A stretch of DNA of 64,000 nucleotides from Camelus ferus. Lineage: Eukaryota. This document shows, one piece after another, positions 36,661-50,514 of this stretch. The DNA lies in the NCBI RefSeq assembly GCF_009834535.1, contig NC_045697.1:117802001-117866000 (forward strand). Reading direction: 5' to 3'. A model generated the notes under the pieces. That model made no database searches and was not told the origin of the DNA. It saw nothing but the letters and a program-made list of their open reading frames with translations. The position numbers and the translations under genes were made by a program. Positions within the stretch are counted from its first letter, which is position 1, and each line of letters starts with the position of its first letter.

Positions 36661-39600
36661 TTGTAAACTCACATTTAAAGAAGAGTTAAGCAGTGCAATC
36701 AGGAGAAATCAGAGTAACCATGCCTCTTAGCGACGTGGACAGTGACTCACGTTTATATAGGCCTTTTCCCTCTCTCCTTGTGGTGCCGTCCATAAACCCT
36801 GCCTCCAGGGTCCTGTGTAATTCTCTGTGATTCAGTTTTCTTAGCTATTAACTAGGAGATTAAGTAGTACTTAATTCAAAGATGTATTGGGAAGAATAAA
36901 CAGAATAAGTGATCTGAAGTTTACTCGAGGATTCTCCCTGTATTTTTATACGTTAAAATATTGTGGGGAAATGATTAGGAACAGAGCTGCTTTCAGTAAG
37001 TTTGTAAAGGACAGTGGGGGAACTTTTTATCTGTTTACTCACATTGTTGTTTTGTTTTGTTTGTTTTTTTTTCTTCTTCCACACAACCAAGTATTTGCAT
37101 TTGATTCTGTTTCTGTCCCAAGTTTCCATTTTCTTTCCCATAAGTGTGTATCATGGCTGAATCTCTGTTATTTGTGTTCCGTAGCTCACATCTCCCACAG
37201 CTCGGGGGTCCTGGTTCCCCAGCAATTCACTGACGATGTAGAACAGTCTTAGAATTCTTTCGTCACGCTTCTGTGCTCGGTCATCTTTGATCTGATTTGT
37301 CGGGATGATAGTACCCTTTGTCTGTGCTGCAGTCATTTTTTTCATAGTATCCGTATATTTATTTTACCACTTACCTTGATTGAGTGAAGAGACATCTGGT
37401 GGGCACTGGGTTTTACTGGCAGGGAGGTGGGGGACTTTTTCAAGGGTCAGCATCTGCTTGGATGAGGGTCACAGTCCCTCTTCAACCAAGTAGAGGGAAG
37501 CTCCATGAGCTTTAGATCCAGCCAGTTCCCAGTGAGCTATGCTGTCCTTAATCTTCATGGCCTCCTATTCTGTTATTCTGATGCAAAGGGAGACAGCACA
37601 GACACCCGTACATCCCTCCACGGGCACTTAGCTCCTGTGTTTCTGGGTGCACTCTGCTCGTGACAGGTTAACATTTAACATGTCCGTTTTCACACATGTT
37701 AAATGCCATCTCTCTTAACTTTCTCACTCACCCATTATGTTTGCTTTGCGTTCTGATGGCTGCAGTATCTACGTGACCCATCCCATAAAAGGCGCTGCAT
37801 ACATCTAAAGTGACCCTGGTCATTTCAACAGTAAGTTATCAAATAGAGGAATGTTCATCTTGTCTGACAAGTGTCCAGTGTTTTTGACCAAGAGGCAGCG
37901 GGAGGGAAGATTCCTTTTTTTCAGGCGGGTTGGCTTTTTGGACTTCTTGAGCTAAATCGTAGGTAAGCTACTGATTTTTTTTTTTATTTCAGCTGCACTG
38001 ACGTTCTTATACGTGGAGACTCTCCCCGATTGCGTGAGATCGGTTTCGCTCATCATAATTTGTAATTACATTTGCGTCTTTATGGCTCCCCCGGGTCTGT
38101 CTTAGAAACCACTTTAAACGCAAGATGGTCTTTTGTTTGAGTCTTCAAACTGGATATTTAATCAATGTTTTAAGGATTGAAATAAATATGGATATACAGC
38201 CTGCGGTCTGGAGTATTTTACTTCTTAAATTCTTTGAAAGAGGCCGTCTTTATGGTGTATTAATTTTTCTTCCCATGTTTATTAGAGGTCAGACAATTTA
38301 TTAACTGTGTAATACACAGCTGTGCATTTTCACGGTTATACTGTTGTACAATTATACAACAACACAGTGTGGTTTTTGAACATCTTGTAATTTAATGTCT
38401 TATATTAGAGCTGATGCCCAAAGTGCTGATGAGCTGTTGGCTTTGATTGGAACGTAGAAGGTACTTCGTGTCTGGAATCTGGCCATGCCACACCCCTTCA
38501 GTCTTCTTAATCGCCTGAGAACTGCTCTTGCGAGTGAGGATATGTGCACATGTGACAGGAGATGCCAAATCTGTTATCTAGCTGTCATTCGTGGCTGAAC
38601 CTGGCTTGCAGGGGTTTGACCAGATTGACTTGTGGTAGTTTCAGACAGTTTAGTAAGAAAGGTCTTTCCAGCACCGAGAGTTTCATAGTCACTGAATTAC
38701 TTTGCATATGTAATTATGATGTCTTTTGCTCAAAGCTGATACATTATTTTTAAAATCCAGTGACAAGACCTATGTGCTATATGTGTTCCACAAATGTTTA
38801 TTAAGATCATGATAAGCCCAATGAATGCACGAGGCCCTTGGTATAAAACAATGAACACATCAGCCTCGGTCCCATCGTCAGGACCTTGACGCCTTTCCTC
38901 CAGACTCGACTTGGCATTACATGCTTTCACACTTTTTAGCAAAATTATCCCCACCTGTTACTCACTAAATTAGTCACTAAATATTTTTTCCTTAAAATTG
39001 AACAACTTTTCTCTTAAAGGAATAGATTTTAAAACAGAAGCAGCAAGAAATGTCCGTGAAAACAAAGTATCATTTGCAGATGTTTAATATCTATTAGAGT
39101 GAATTATCAACTGTTAAAATAGCATGGCATTTTTATGTGCTAACCAAAATCATATGAACAACTTCTAGCGGTACAATTCCCATGCTTTCAGCCACCAGGG
39201 TTCTGACCTAGACCGCCAGGAAGGAGCGGTTGTCATTGTCACCATGGGCGTTGGGTGTGGGGGATGAGAGCTGTGGTCCAGCGGTTTTCCTCAGCCAATC
39301 AGCGAGCTGCTAATATTGGTGGGTGGAAGGCAGTTGGAAAAACCTAGTGTTCGAAGAGGGCAGTTGTAATAAATAGTAGGTGTTTTGTGTCTTTTGTGAA
39401 GCTCATTATGGGTTTAACGTTATGTATACATTCTTGGTCAGTGTAAGAGTTTTTTAACAAAAGACTAACCAACAGTCTGAACGAATTTTGTAATTCATAG
39501 AAACCCCAAAATGCATATGTACCTCAGTGCTTACTGTGTACAGAGTCATTCTTCTCAAAGATGGAACCATTGGAAATTCTATATTCAGTAGAATTAATGG

Positions 39601-40593
39601 GGAGGGTTGAAAAGGAAAACACAATCAGGTGTATTTTGTGGCCGTAAGTAATGTCCATCTAGTTAAGGAGATAAAACTTACATATACCCTTCAGTTAAAG
39701 AGCAGTGAAGGCCTGTGAGCATCCATTGCAGGTTGTGGGAGTCGGACAGGTGGGCCCCAGGCGTTCGGATGGGATGAGGTCACGGCGGGCTGTGTGCGCG
39801 TCCCGCCCTGGCCGGTCCTTTGGAGCTTTGGGTCAACAGGGTCCTCCTGTTGGAGTGCACCAAAGCGGCACCACCAGCGGTGTCTGCTAATGTGTGTGCT
39901 GAGGAAAACAAATCCTCCTCAGCTTTTGGCGTTTGAAGACCTAGCCTCGTGTGCATTTCCTTCAGGCCGCAGCCTCCTGGCTTTGGCTTCCCAGAAATCC
40001 ACACTTCTGGTCCGTTGTTCTGCACTTGGGTTTAGTGATGTGTGTGCCTGTGTGTGTATGTGTACAAATAAACTTCATCACATCATGTTTAGGGAGAGCA
40101 CGGTAAATGACAGCAGATGTGACTGCTGTGGTAAGTGGCCCAGGTGTGGCTGGAGTGGGCAAGCTGTTATTTTTAACCTGCAGCGGGAAATTAGAGGCTT
40201 AGTGATCTTATATTGTGTGTGGGTTTTCTTAAGAGGTTTATTTTTATAACCTTAAATTAGGGTTTTTATTATTCATTCTTTAATTAGTTTTATTCCTTTA
40301 AAATGTGCCATTCAATGATTGAAAACCTAAAAAAAGTGCAGATTTATGAGGAAAACTGTTCGAGAGCTAGTCTTCAGAGTCCTGCAACAGGCAGGCGCAC
40401 AGGGCTAAAATTCCGAAACCGACATGTCCTTGGCGCCACCTTTATATTTCTGTGTACAACACATGATCAAGATTCCAATGTTTATTTACAGTAATACTGA
40501 CATGTTACAGACTAGCCTGTAGCTTTAAAAAAAAGTTTTTATTTAAGCTTGTGCATAAAGTAGTTAAGCGCTATATACATACATATATATATA

Positions 40594-40781
40594 TTTATTT
40601 ATTGAAGTGTAGTTGATTTGTAATGTGTTTCTGGTGTTCAGCATAGTGATAGTCATACATATATATGCATATTCTTTTTCATATTTTTCATTATAGGTTA
40701 TTACAAGATACTGAATATAGTTCCCTGTGCTCTACAGTAGGTCCTTGTTGTTTATCTATTTTGCATACAGTAGTGTGTGTC
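40594..40781 (-). mobile_element. L1 3'UTR fragment
   Basis: tttattgaagtgtagttgatttgtaatgtgtttctggtgttcagc...gtccttgttgtttatctatttt. Confidence 0.85.
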
Positions 40782-43249
40782 TTAAGCAGTATATTCTAAG
40801 CAGTGTATTTGCTTTAATACATTTTCCTGGATTCTGTCATAACTCATTTTCAGTTGAATGAAATACTTAAGCACACTTTATATGAATCCATAAACAAAAC
40901 ATAAATATATACATATTGAGCAAAAATGATTGAAAGCACTAAACTAGATGACAGTCGTAACAGATGAGTTCCTTTATGCACGGCCCATTTAGAGTAAATT
41001 TCTTCATCCCTCTTTTTTTTTTATTATTATTATTATTATACCTGCATCATTTCTTATCTTCATTTGCACTTGTAAACCCCACACTCGGGGTGACACAGGA
41101 ACTTTTCGGTTAGACTCCCTGGGTCCTTGTGATTGCGTTCATGTTTTCTGGATTTCCAGTCCTCACCAGGAAAGTATTTTAAAATCTAATCCTTTTCAGC
41201 CTATAAATTGCCTAGATTTGTTCCAGTTCTGTCCATTTGTCTCTGTTTTTAGTGCTAATATTTGCAAGGAGTTCCGAACACACTTCCCATCGTAAGCTGA
41301 TTAAAACCCCTGTGTTGGCATCTATTTAAGAGAAGTCACAGCTGTTCCTTCAAGCTGAGCAGTTCAGAGGAAGGCGTCCGAGGAAGGTGGCCTTTTCCCT
41401 CCCACGCTGGTTTCCTTCACTCCATGCCTGGTACACAAAAACGCTCCGCTTGAGAACAGCTGTGCTGTTTACCTCTAGGATTTTCCCTCCACATTTCCTT
41501 TCAGTCGTTTGAGTCCCTCAGTGTTCAGTGTTTTCTTTTATCTGTTCCCCTTTATGTTTCCTTTGTCCAGTTTCTTCAATGAAACTTTCCAACAATTCCA
41601 CAAAGCATCGATTCTGTCATCGTGTAACTATAGCAAGATATAATATACAAATAAGTGGCATTAAAATGGGGGGAAAGGTTGGAATACCTTGTGAACATGG
41701 ACGGGTGAGAAAGTCATTGAGTTCTTCGTCGGCAGTGGCTCTGTTCTAAAAGGATTCCTTAATCTTCGTGGTGTTTACGTATCTGCTGTGTAGGGATTGA
41801 GTGTGCTTTTGAAGCAGTAACCCCATGTTTCTTTTTTTAAAGATAAATTTAGATGAATAAGCCTGGTGGAAGGAACTTTGTAATATCAATTTATTTATAG
41901 GTGAAGGGGATAAGAGCTATTTAAATACAGCAGGGGCACCATCTGGTTCAAGAAGATGATGGGGCAGAATTAGTTGCAGAGAAAAAAGACAGCATCGTGC
42001 AAAGGGAAAGTTCTTAGAAGCAGAAGAAAATAATACGTTGTGTTCATCCTTTCCTGCAAGATTTAAGACAAAAGTATGTCTTGAAGTTCACTTCAGCCTC
42101 GTGGCTTTATAACACTAAGAAGTTTGTTCAAAACACTCTAAACTTTTTCTCCTAATGAAATTTCTTTGGGTGAGATAAACAGATAGGAGTGGGGAGGAGA
42201 GGAAAAAGGAAATCCCATGAAGGTAGAATTAGACAAGCAAAGACTTGTTTGAGTGTAATAAATGTGTGGAAAGAAGAGAAGGGAAGAAGAGATTGGAGGA
42301 GACATGAACTGGGGATGTCAGTTCATCTTCCTTTAGTAGATCCTCCTGGTTTGGCCATGATGCTGGTCCTTTGGTCTCATTCTAGTGGATGGCAGGATTC
42401 CAGAGTCATGAAACAGGACAAATCCGACGATCATATAGTTATATGTAAGACATATCATTAGATCAATATGAATTGATTAACTCAACAAGTACATATTGTG
42501 CACCTCCTTGGGACAGCGGATTATGCTAGTTGCTGGAAATGCAGCAATGAGAGATATAGACAAGATGCTGGCTGTCAAGGAACTCACCTTCTGGAAGGGA
42601 GGGATGGGCAGTGGAGCAGATGCCTGTTATGTAAGACGGCATCAGACCTGTAAGTACCACAGAGAAACTGAAAGTGATGTGATGAGGAACCCATGGGAAA
42701 TAAAGTGGAAAAACTATCCTATTCATAATGGCCACAGAGTTATTACCATTTAATTCACCTGAAAAAGGATGTGCAGGGTCTCTGTGACAATAATGAAAAT
42801 GTTACTGAAACAGTAGCTCGACAACTGTTAAAGGCTGTGAATGTGACTTCAGTGGGGTTGCGTCTCTTCTGTTGATGGGTGAGTGAGCTAAGATTTAGAA
42901 AATTTGAACATCTGACATTTTCGAGGAGGATAGCAGTGGTTACTATGGTCACCGGGCATCTGTTTGTGTTCCACACCCTTAGATTCAGCTTTGGGAAGTT
43001 GTCACACATCTGATGTTGGCATTTCCTAGGTGACAAAGGCACACTGATCAGAAGTTTTATACTGTTCCTTTCATTTTCAGTAGCTGTCTTTGGAGTTGTT
43101 CTAACAGTCTTAAAAAGAAAATAAATACGTGAAATGTAAATACATGAAAAGAGGAATACCACATTTACTGGCAGTAGAATTTAATATTACAGTTATGTAC
43201 AGTGCTGTCCATTAATTTTATAAATTAAACAAAATTTGAATGAAATTCT

Positions 43250-43700
43250 TGTAGAATTTCATGGAAATTGATTAGCTAATCTGAAAGCTGATATAGAACA
43301 GTATACGGCCGTGAGTAGCCAAGGCATCAAAGCTTATTATAAAGACATAATAGCTATATGATGTTTTTGTATAAGAACAGGCAAAACTGTACAATGGAAA
43401 AGAACAAAAGACCAGAAATTGATTGACATACATATAGCAGTTTGGTTTACGAGACAGAGAATGGAGAAATGTTTAGAATATTGACCATCTATATGGGAAA
43501 GTAAATGAAATTAAACATGACTCATACCATAAACAAAAATATTTTTTTAGAAACATTCGGGGTGAAATATAAAAGAATATCCTTTTGACTTTATAAGACA
43601 TGGTTTATTAAATAAGACACAAAAGACTCACACTTTGACTATTAAAATTAAACTATCATGTGTGTATGACAAAAACCACACCAAAGTTAAAAAAAAAAAT
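43250..43700 (+). mobile_element. Highly degraded old L1M ORF2 fragment
   Basis: ggaaattgattagctaatc...atcaaagcttattataaag...ccagaaattgattgacatacatatag...ctcataccataaacaaaaat. Confidence 0.55.
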
Positions 43701-43799
43701 CAAATAGCTTTCCTCTCAATTGTGTTCATTTAAAAATTCACTCTAATAGAAGCAAACATGAATAAGCATATTTGGTGAAATACGTTTACTTCCTGAGTT

Positions 43800-44275
43800 T
43801 GTTACCAAGTCCAAACTCATTTGAACAGGCCAGCAAATTGGGAGACAAAGTGTTGGGGCAAGGAATAATGACTTTATTTGGAAAGCTGGCAGACCAAGAA
43901 GATGGGGGCTAATGTCCTGGAGAACCATCTTCCCCAAGTCAGAATTCAGGCTCCTTTTATACTAAAAAGGTAGGGGACGTGGTTGGTTGTTGCAGACTTC
44001 TTGGTATCAGAATCCTTTGTTCTAGCAACTGTCCACGTGGGTCAGGTCACGGTGTTCTTGTAAACCTCCAACATGACATGTTAGTTTCTGTTATGCAACT
44101 GTCTATCTCTATGTGAATGGGAAAGTGTTACACTCTAAAAGGTCGGAGCCTTGAGGATGGGCTCTCCTGTCTATTTCAGGCTCCAGGCAACATTCTTTTA
44201 CAAAAGGTGCAGAACCAGCGCGACTCAGCTCAGGACGTATTCAATATGGAGTCAGATTTGTTCTTCCCTGTTACA
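43800..44275 (-). mobile_element. ERV1-class solo LTR, copy 1 (476 bp)
   Basis: tgttacc...tgttaca termini; flanks agtt/agct; minus-strand TATAAAA at 43955-43961 and AATAAA at 43873-43878; aligns with copies 2 and 3. Confidence 0.9.
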
Positions 44276-46717
44276 AGCTTATTCCTTAAGGAAGTATGGG
44301 GTTACCAGTATTCATTTTAATACGAGAGACTTGTTTCACTTATAGATGTGTCCAGGTAGCACACTAATACACTGTTGCTTGAAGGTGGGTCACTGGGCTG
44401 GAGAACAGAGACTTCATTAAGGAGGAGGGAGGTTTCCGTGTGCGCCGATGCGTGATCTATACTGAAGACAGTTACAGATACAACAGCAACCAATACGCAT
44501 GCCTGTTACCTATGTGCTGGGCCACGTTCTGTTTAAAAGTCATCTCAGTCATATTACATTGGCCATGTAATGGCAGAAACAAAAGCGAAGGTCAAAAATA
44601 ATGAAAATTTGAGGCTAACTGGCTGGCGAAACGGGGATTCCATTAGTAGAAACCAGAAAAACAAAATAGAAAATGGACTAGACCTTACAAATGAGTTTGG
44701 AGTAGGATCCATTGATTTAAAGGGCTAGTGAGGCCCCTGGGAATGTGATTTTGTGACTTGGAAGAGTTCTGAGCTATTACTACAGATGCAAAGAGCATAT
44801 GCTTGTGGAAGAGACTGACTTCAACCCAAGAAGTATTTTAGGTTGCCAGGGATTTGGAAGAAGACCGAGAATAACATCTTAGAGAAGAACAAACTCTCAG
44901 TGTACAAGGAGACAGTTCTGTAGACGCGAAGACATCTGAAGAAGGAAAGGGAGTAGGAGGGGTGCCAGATAACAAAAATAAACCAATTAAAAGATCAATC
45001 AGTTTCTGTCATATCTTCCCATTGGTGATTGGTGGTTCATTGATAGAAAACAGTTTAAAAAATCAGTCTCTGAAAATGTCTGAGAAAATAGTACAGGCTT
45101 CTAATTTCGGAGAGTTATTTTTACACATCCATTCTTTCCTTGGCTGTTTTAGTTCATTGTCAAGCATTGTTAAATTGACCCTTTAACAGATGCACCAACT
45201 CATCATTTACGTTTTCAGTGTTGGTGACAGATAATCCTTAAATAACAGTGTTTGCCCAGGAATCCTTTTCAGAACCGTCTATTTTTTGCAGTACTAAAAT
45301 TTTATTTGACTTTAAAATGACCTGTGAAAGATTTGGTTTCCAACTCCACAGTTTGTTTTACATTAGATAAAAATGTTTCATTTGAAGTTCCAAAACGCTT
45401 CTCTTTCTTTTTAGTGGCAGGTATGAGTGGTATTTGCATGACATTCATAGTCTTTAATTTACTGCCTCTATTGTCACGAAATATTTATTCATTTAATTTC
45501 TTCCCATGACGTTATTTTTGTCAGTGAGTGAAATGCTTCAGACTTTTTTGCTTGAACTTAACTTTCACATTTTTCTTTTACACTCACATAGATTCTTAGC
45601 AGTCCCATCAATTCTTTGGTATTTAAAGGTTTATGGTTTTAATTTTAGGGACTCTGTTTAATATAGAGAAAGTATTAAAACTAGCTATAATCACATGCTT
45701 GTGAACCACAAGAGAGACCATCACTTAAAACATGAACCTCCTGAGGTTTTGTTGAATATTTTTCAATTCTCTAAGCCTTCTCTAGATGACTGGCTGGTTT
45801 TCTTGAGGTTGCAGCAGAGTGTGGGAGAACTGGCAGATAAGTTCTCTTGGATTTATAGGCACACACACCTGGCCATGGCTGTGATGTTAAAACGGTGGCT
45901 TTCTACCACCTTCCACCACCTGGACCATCCCCAACCCCCACCATCTCTTGGGCAAGAAGAAGCCTTAAAGATTATGAATATGGAGACATTATATGCTTTT
46001 AAAAGTCACTTGGTTCAAGAGGTAGAAGGGTCCCCTAGTATTATTGCTTGGAGCTTTGTAGTTCAAGTATGTAACACCTGAGTGGGTAGCAGTGACCTGG
46101 ACCTCCCCCCGACCCCTGCAGCAGCCTAGCTCCACGGCTGGTGCCCTGAGCTCAGTAGGCAGTGAACGAATATTTGTTGACTGTGACATTTAGTTACAGT
46201 TCTGAACTCTAATTCTAGTTGGATATGTTCTATATGTGATTAACTAAAAATTTCAGCTTCGTGTGCATGCTAAAATATTCTGCTCTTGACTGAAATGTAA
46301 AATTTGGGGGTGAAGACATTTTTGTCATTATAATTGAATCCCCTTTTAGGATTTTTATTATACTGGACTTTAATAGTATAAATACTATATTCTACTGGAC
46401 TTTTTATGGAGAAGGGATAAAGTGAAAAATTAAGGAGATCACAGTTACTAATTGTCTTCTCCATCCTGCTTACACTCTGCAATGATGAGTAGAAACTAAT
46501 GGTGATTCCAGAGCATTATATGAGCCTGAATCCAATGATAATTTAGAAGATACTTACTGTGCACTATTTTCCCATAAATTTTCTGTACCATGCTGACTAA
46601 AGAAAGAAACTACTGAATGTATATTGGTCAAGAGAAAACCATTTCAGTTACAATTATTGAGTAAAAAAACATAGTTACATATATTATATATATATATATA
46701 TATATAGCACTGTTATA

Positions 46718-46851
46718 TTTTTGTGTTTTTTCCTTTTTGGGGGGTGGTAATTAGGTTTATTTATTCATTTTTAATGGAGGTACTGGAGATTGAACCCAGG
46801 ACCTCGTGCATGCTAAGTGCACACTCTACCACTGAGCTCTACCCTCCCCCC
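46718..46851 (-). mobile_element. tRNA-derived camelid SINE
   Basis: ggtaattaggttt...ggaggtactggagattgaacccaggacctcgtgcatgctaag...accactgagctctaccctcccccc. Confidence 0.9.
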
Positions 46852-48535
46852 GATTTTTTTTTCATCCCTAATTGCTAAATTGGTTACTCTTTTACACTGA
46901 TGTTGTCTTACCAAACAGGTACTGAGTTTGTTTGGCTTTCTGACGGGCATGTTATTTTTGAGTAGAGCGTTCTTAACCTTGACTATTCATAGGTAAAAGG
47001 GTTCCTGGATACTTTCTTGGGGCTGGGTGAGTCCTGTGAAATTGTATGCCATTGTGTGAAAACTATGAGAGTCTGTATTGAGAGATATAATTTTCTGGCT
47101 TGAACACTCCTGCCTTTCATCAGATTCTCAGAACTTTCTCAAGTGATTGGTTTACAAGGTTTTTTTAAAAAAGTAGCTCTTGTTATACTTGGTTCAGAAG
47201 TTTAACCTACTTGAGGAATTCTGAAGCCTGGTTTTATAATTGGAGCTATTATAAAGGAACAGAGAATTATAGGCATTTTGAGCAAATCATGTCAAGGTTT
47301 GTTTTGTCTCATGAGCTTCCTACGTTATTATATTCTTCTGCCCAGACCGTCCCACAGCGTGCTCTCCACCATAATGGTGCTACTGGATCCTTCTACCATA
47401 CCATAATACTCACAGTCAGGTCTGCACACTGCCTGTCATACCTCTCTTCTGGCACAGAAAAATTAAGATCTGGGCTAACTAAAACAAGTCTCGATCTTGG
47501 AATTGTGGTAAGAAAGGGAATTGTGAGACGAAAATCTCAAAATTCTCCTTGTTTAAAATGGATATATGTGTGATTCTCAAGTCTGACCAAGAGAATGGGG
47601 ATTCTTTTTTTAAAACAAGTACTTGACTTTTGATTTCAGAAAGGGAAAAATAGCTTCTTCCCTGAATGTGATCAGCTCTTTGGATGAAATCTTGCAGTTG
47701 CCTTCAGTTTTATTTTAGGGATCTCAAAGGGATGGTGAAGTCATTCCAAATATGAATTTAGTACAACTCAGTTCCACAGAAACAGATTTGATGGCATCGC
47801 AAGAGGGTGCTGGTGTCTTTGCTTATAATATAGTGAGGGACTTGGATCAATTCCTTTTAGGCGAGTTGTCCTCAGAAAGCAGCGGTGGGCTGGAAGTCGA
47901 TCCACATGCCATTCTCTTTACCCACTAAATTTTCTTTATAAATGTGTCTGCAGGTGAAATGTGGGCTTTACTCCTACGTCGTTCAGCCAGTCGACAAATA
48001 TTTGTTTATTAATTATCTATGGTGGGTGAGGTGCTCTGTTATGCTTTGGGGGTTACATTAGTCAAAAAACAATGAAAATAAAACAACTCCCTCAGCAAAG
48101 TCCAGGATCCTTTAAGAGTTTAGTAATTAAATCACACAGATACTTTAAAAACTACGTAATCCAGTAAATAAATGAATATGCATGTGAGACTATGTTCATT
48201 GTGAAAGATAAACAGTTTTTGCTTTTAGTATAGCTTCATTTTTCTGTACTTTTTAACCGTAATGATAATGGATCTTTTAAATGCTCTTATCTTCTCTAAA
48301 TTAATGTGGAATTTGTCATTTGTAAAAGAGTACCAAATTCTGGAAGAATATTTACAGTTAGAAGTACAATTAATAGCAACTCTCCTATGCCAAGCAGTGG
48401 CATGAAGCCAGAATCCACCAAATGAATAATAATTGGTGAAAATGTCTCCCACTTCATTGGTAGGATTAGAAACACCCCACAAATAACCCATTAAAAAGTG
48501 GTTAAACAGAAAAAAGTTACTAGGATTATTCTTTT

Positions 48536-49020
48536 GTATTTTTATTGAAGTATCGTCAGTTTACCATGTTGTGTCAATTTCTGGTGTACAGCACAGTGCT
48601 TCCGTCATACATGAACATGTATGTGTTTGTTTTCATATCATTTGATACTGTAAGTTACTAAAAGATATTGAACATAGTTCTCTGTGGTGTACAGTATGAA
48701 CTTGTTCATCTATTTAATATATAGTGGTTAGTATCTGCAAATTTTGAATTTATTCTCGAATCCCAATGTATCCCTTCCCAGCCCCTTCCCCCACCCCGCG
48801 AAAGGAGGCAAGAACATACAGTGGAGTAAAGGCAATCTCTTCAGCAAGTGGTGCTGGGAAAACTAGACAGCAGCATGTAAATCAATGAAGTTAGACTACT
48901 CCCTCACAGTATAGACAAAAATAAATTCAAAATGGCTTAAAGACTTAAATGTAAGACAAGACACTGTAAACATCTTAGAAGAAAACATAGGCAAAACATT
49001 CTCTGACGTAAATCTCAGTG
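48536..49020 (-). mobile_element. 5'-inverted (twin-primed) L1
   Basis: Antisense 3'UTR to ~48797, sense ORF2 segment ~48801-49020; TSD taggattattctttt/taggattgttatttt. Confidence 0.88.
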
Positions 49021-49990
49021 TAGGATTGTTATTTTTGCTGCTGTTGTTTGCACCTACCTTGAAGTAAAGCACTGTGAAAGTAATAGGTATTACCAAGTTT
49101 TATGAAAACAAAGGAAAAGTTCTCCTCGGTGTGGGTGTGCTGAGTTGGGTAAGGAGGCTACCAGGGAAACAGACACTGAAGAATTCATCACTCAGATGTT
49201 TAGGTTGAAAGATTTCATGGAGTAATGTGATGTCTCAGGAAAAGAGTAGGATTTAGACTCAAAAGACCTGGACTGAAGGTTAACATTGTCATTGGTCATT
49301 GGGGTCACCCTACATCCAGGTTTTCTGGGGACCATCATGGTTTGTCTTTGTCCTGACACAATTGAAAATACCACCCTCTTTCATTCTCAGATGTGTGTTG
49401 GTTTGGACAGGAAGTTATAGGGTCATCTAACTGTGACAACCAACCCTATTTTTACAGTAATGAAGTTTGCATAATGCATTTGGTCTTGAAGGTGGTTGTG
49501 AGAGCTGGGAAAAACCTGTGTTAAGAAAATGTTTTGTAATCTGAAAATCACTGTAAGAACTATGAAGAGGTATATAAATATTAGTGTATTCATTTGGGCA
49601 GGATGACTAAGGTGAATATAGAAATGAGAGTAGGTTTATTTTAGTCACTCATCCTTGGACACAATGGTGTTACTCTTGTGTGGTAGTTTTATTTTCCCAA
49701 AGTATGGTATGTTGAAATCAAGGCACAGACCATGACGACAAGGATTATTGAAACCTAGACTTGACTTGTGATTAGGAAAAGGGATAGAATCCATCGTATT
49801 AAAATTTCAATGGCTTTCCTAAACTAAGTGAGAAAAATGGAACCAATTACTGCGAAATTTCATCAATATTCCATTCAATTTTGAATTCAAGCTCTTACAA
49901 TTTGCTTATCATCTTTAAGAGGTACTTACACATCCTTCTATGAGCTTGGAGAATGATAATAATTTTATTCTTTTTGTAAGTCATTGCTAG

Positions 49991-50514
49991 TGTTACTGAG
50001 TCCAAACTCGTCCTGCTTGCCACACGACAGGCCAGTAAATCGGGAGATGAGGTGTTTGTTGGGGCAAGGAATAATGACTTTATTCAGAAAGCTGGCCGAC
50101 CTAGAAGATGGGGGACGAATGTCCTGGAGAACCATCTTCCCCAAGTCAGAATTCAGGCTACTTTTACACTAAAAGGGGAGGGGGTGTGGTTGGTTGTTGC
50201 AAACTTCTTGGTGTCAGAATCCTTTGTTCTTTCACCTGTCCCTGTAGATCAGGTCATAATGTCCCTATAAACCTCCAGTAAGACACATGTTATTCTCTGT
50301 TCTGCAACTTGTTATCTGTATATGAAAGGAAAAATGTTACACCCTTAAAGGTCAGAGCCCCAAGAATGAGCTCTCCTGTCTATTTCAGGATCTAGGCAAC
50401 ATCCTTTTACAAAAGGTACCAGAACCAGCATAACTGAGCCCAGGAAACAGAGCCCAGGGTTAGAGCCAAAGGAACAGATCTCATACAGAGTCAGATTTGT
50501 TCTTTGTTGTTACA
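49991..50514 (-). mobile_element. ERV1-class solo LTR, copy 2 (524 bp)
   Basis: tgttact...tgttaca termini; flanks ctag/ccag; minus-strand AATAAA at 50079-50084. Confidence 0.9.

Noticed and set aside
43800..50514. Full provirus between LTR copies 1-2 (or 2-3), suggested by the 5-6 kb spacing
   Set aside because: Each LTR has its own TSD, and the intervening DNA holds L2, SINE, L1 and host sequence with no recognisable gag/pol/env remnants, PBS or PPT.
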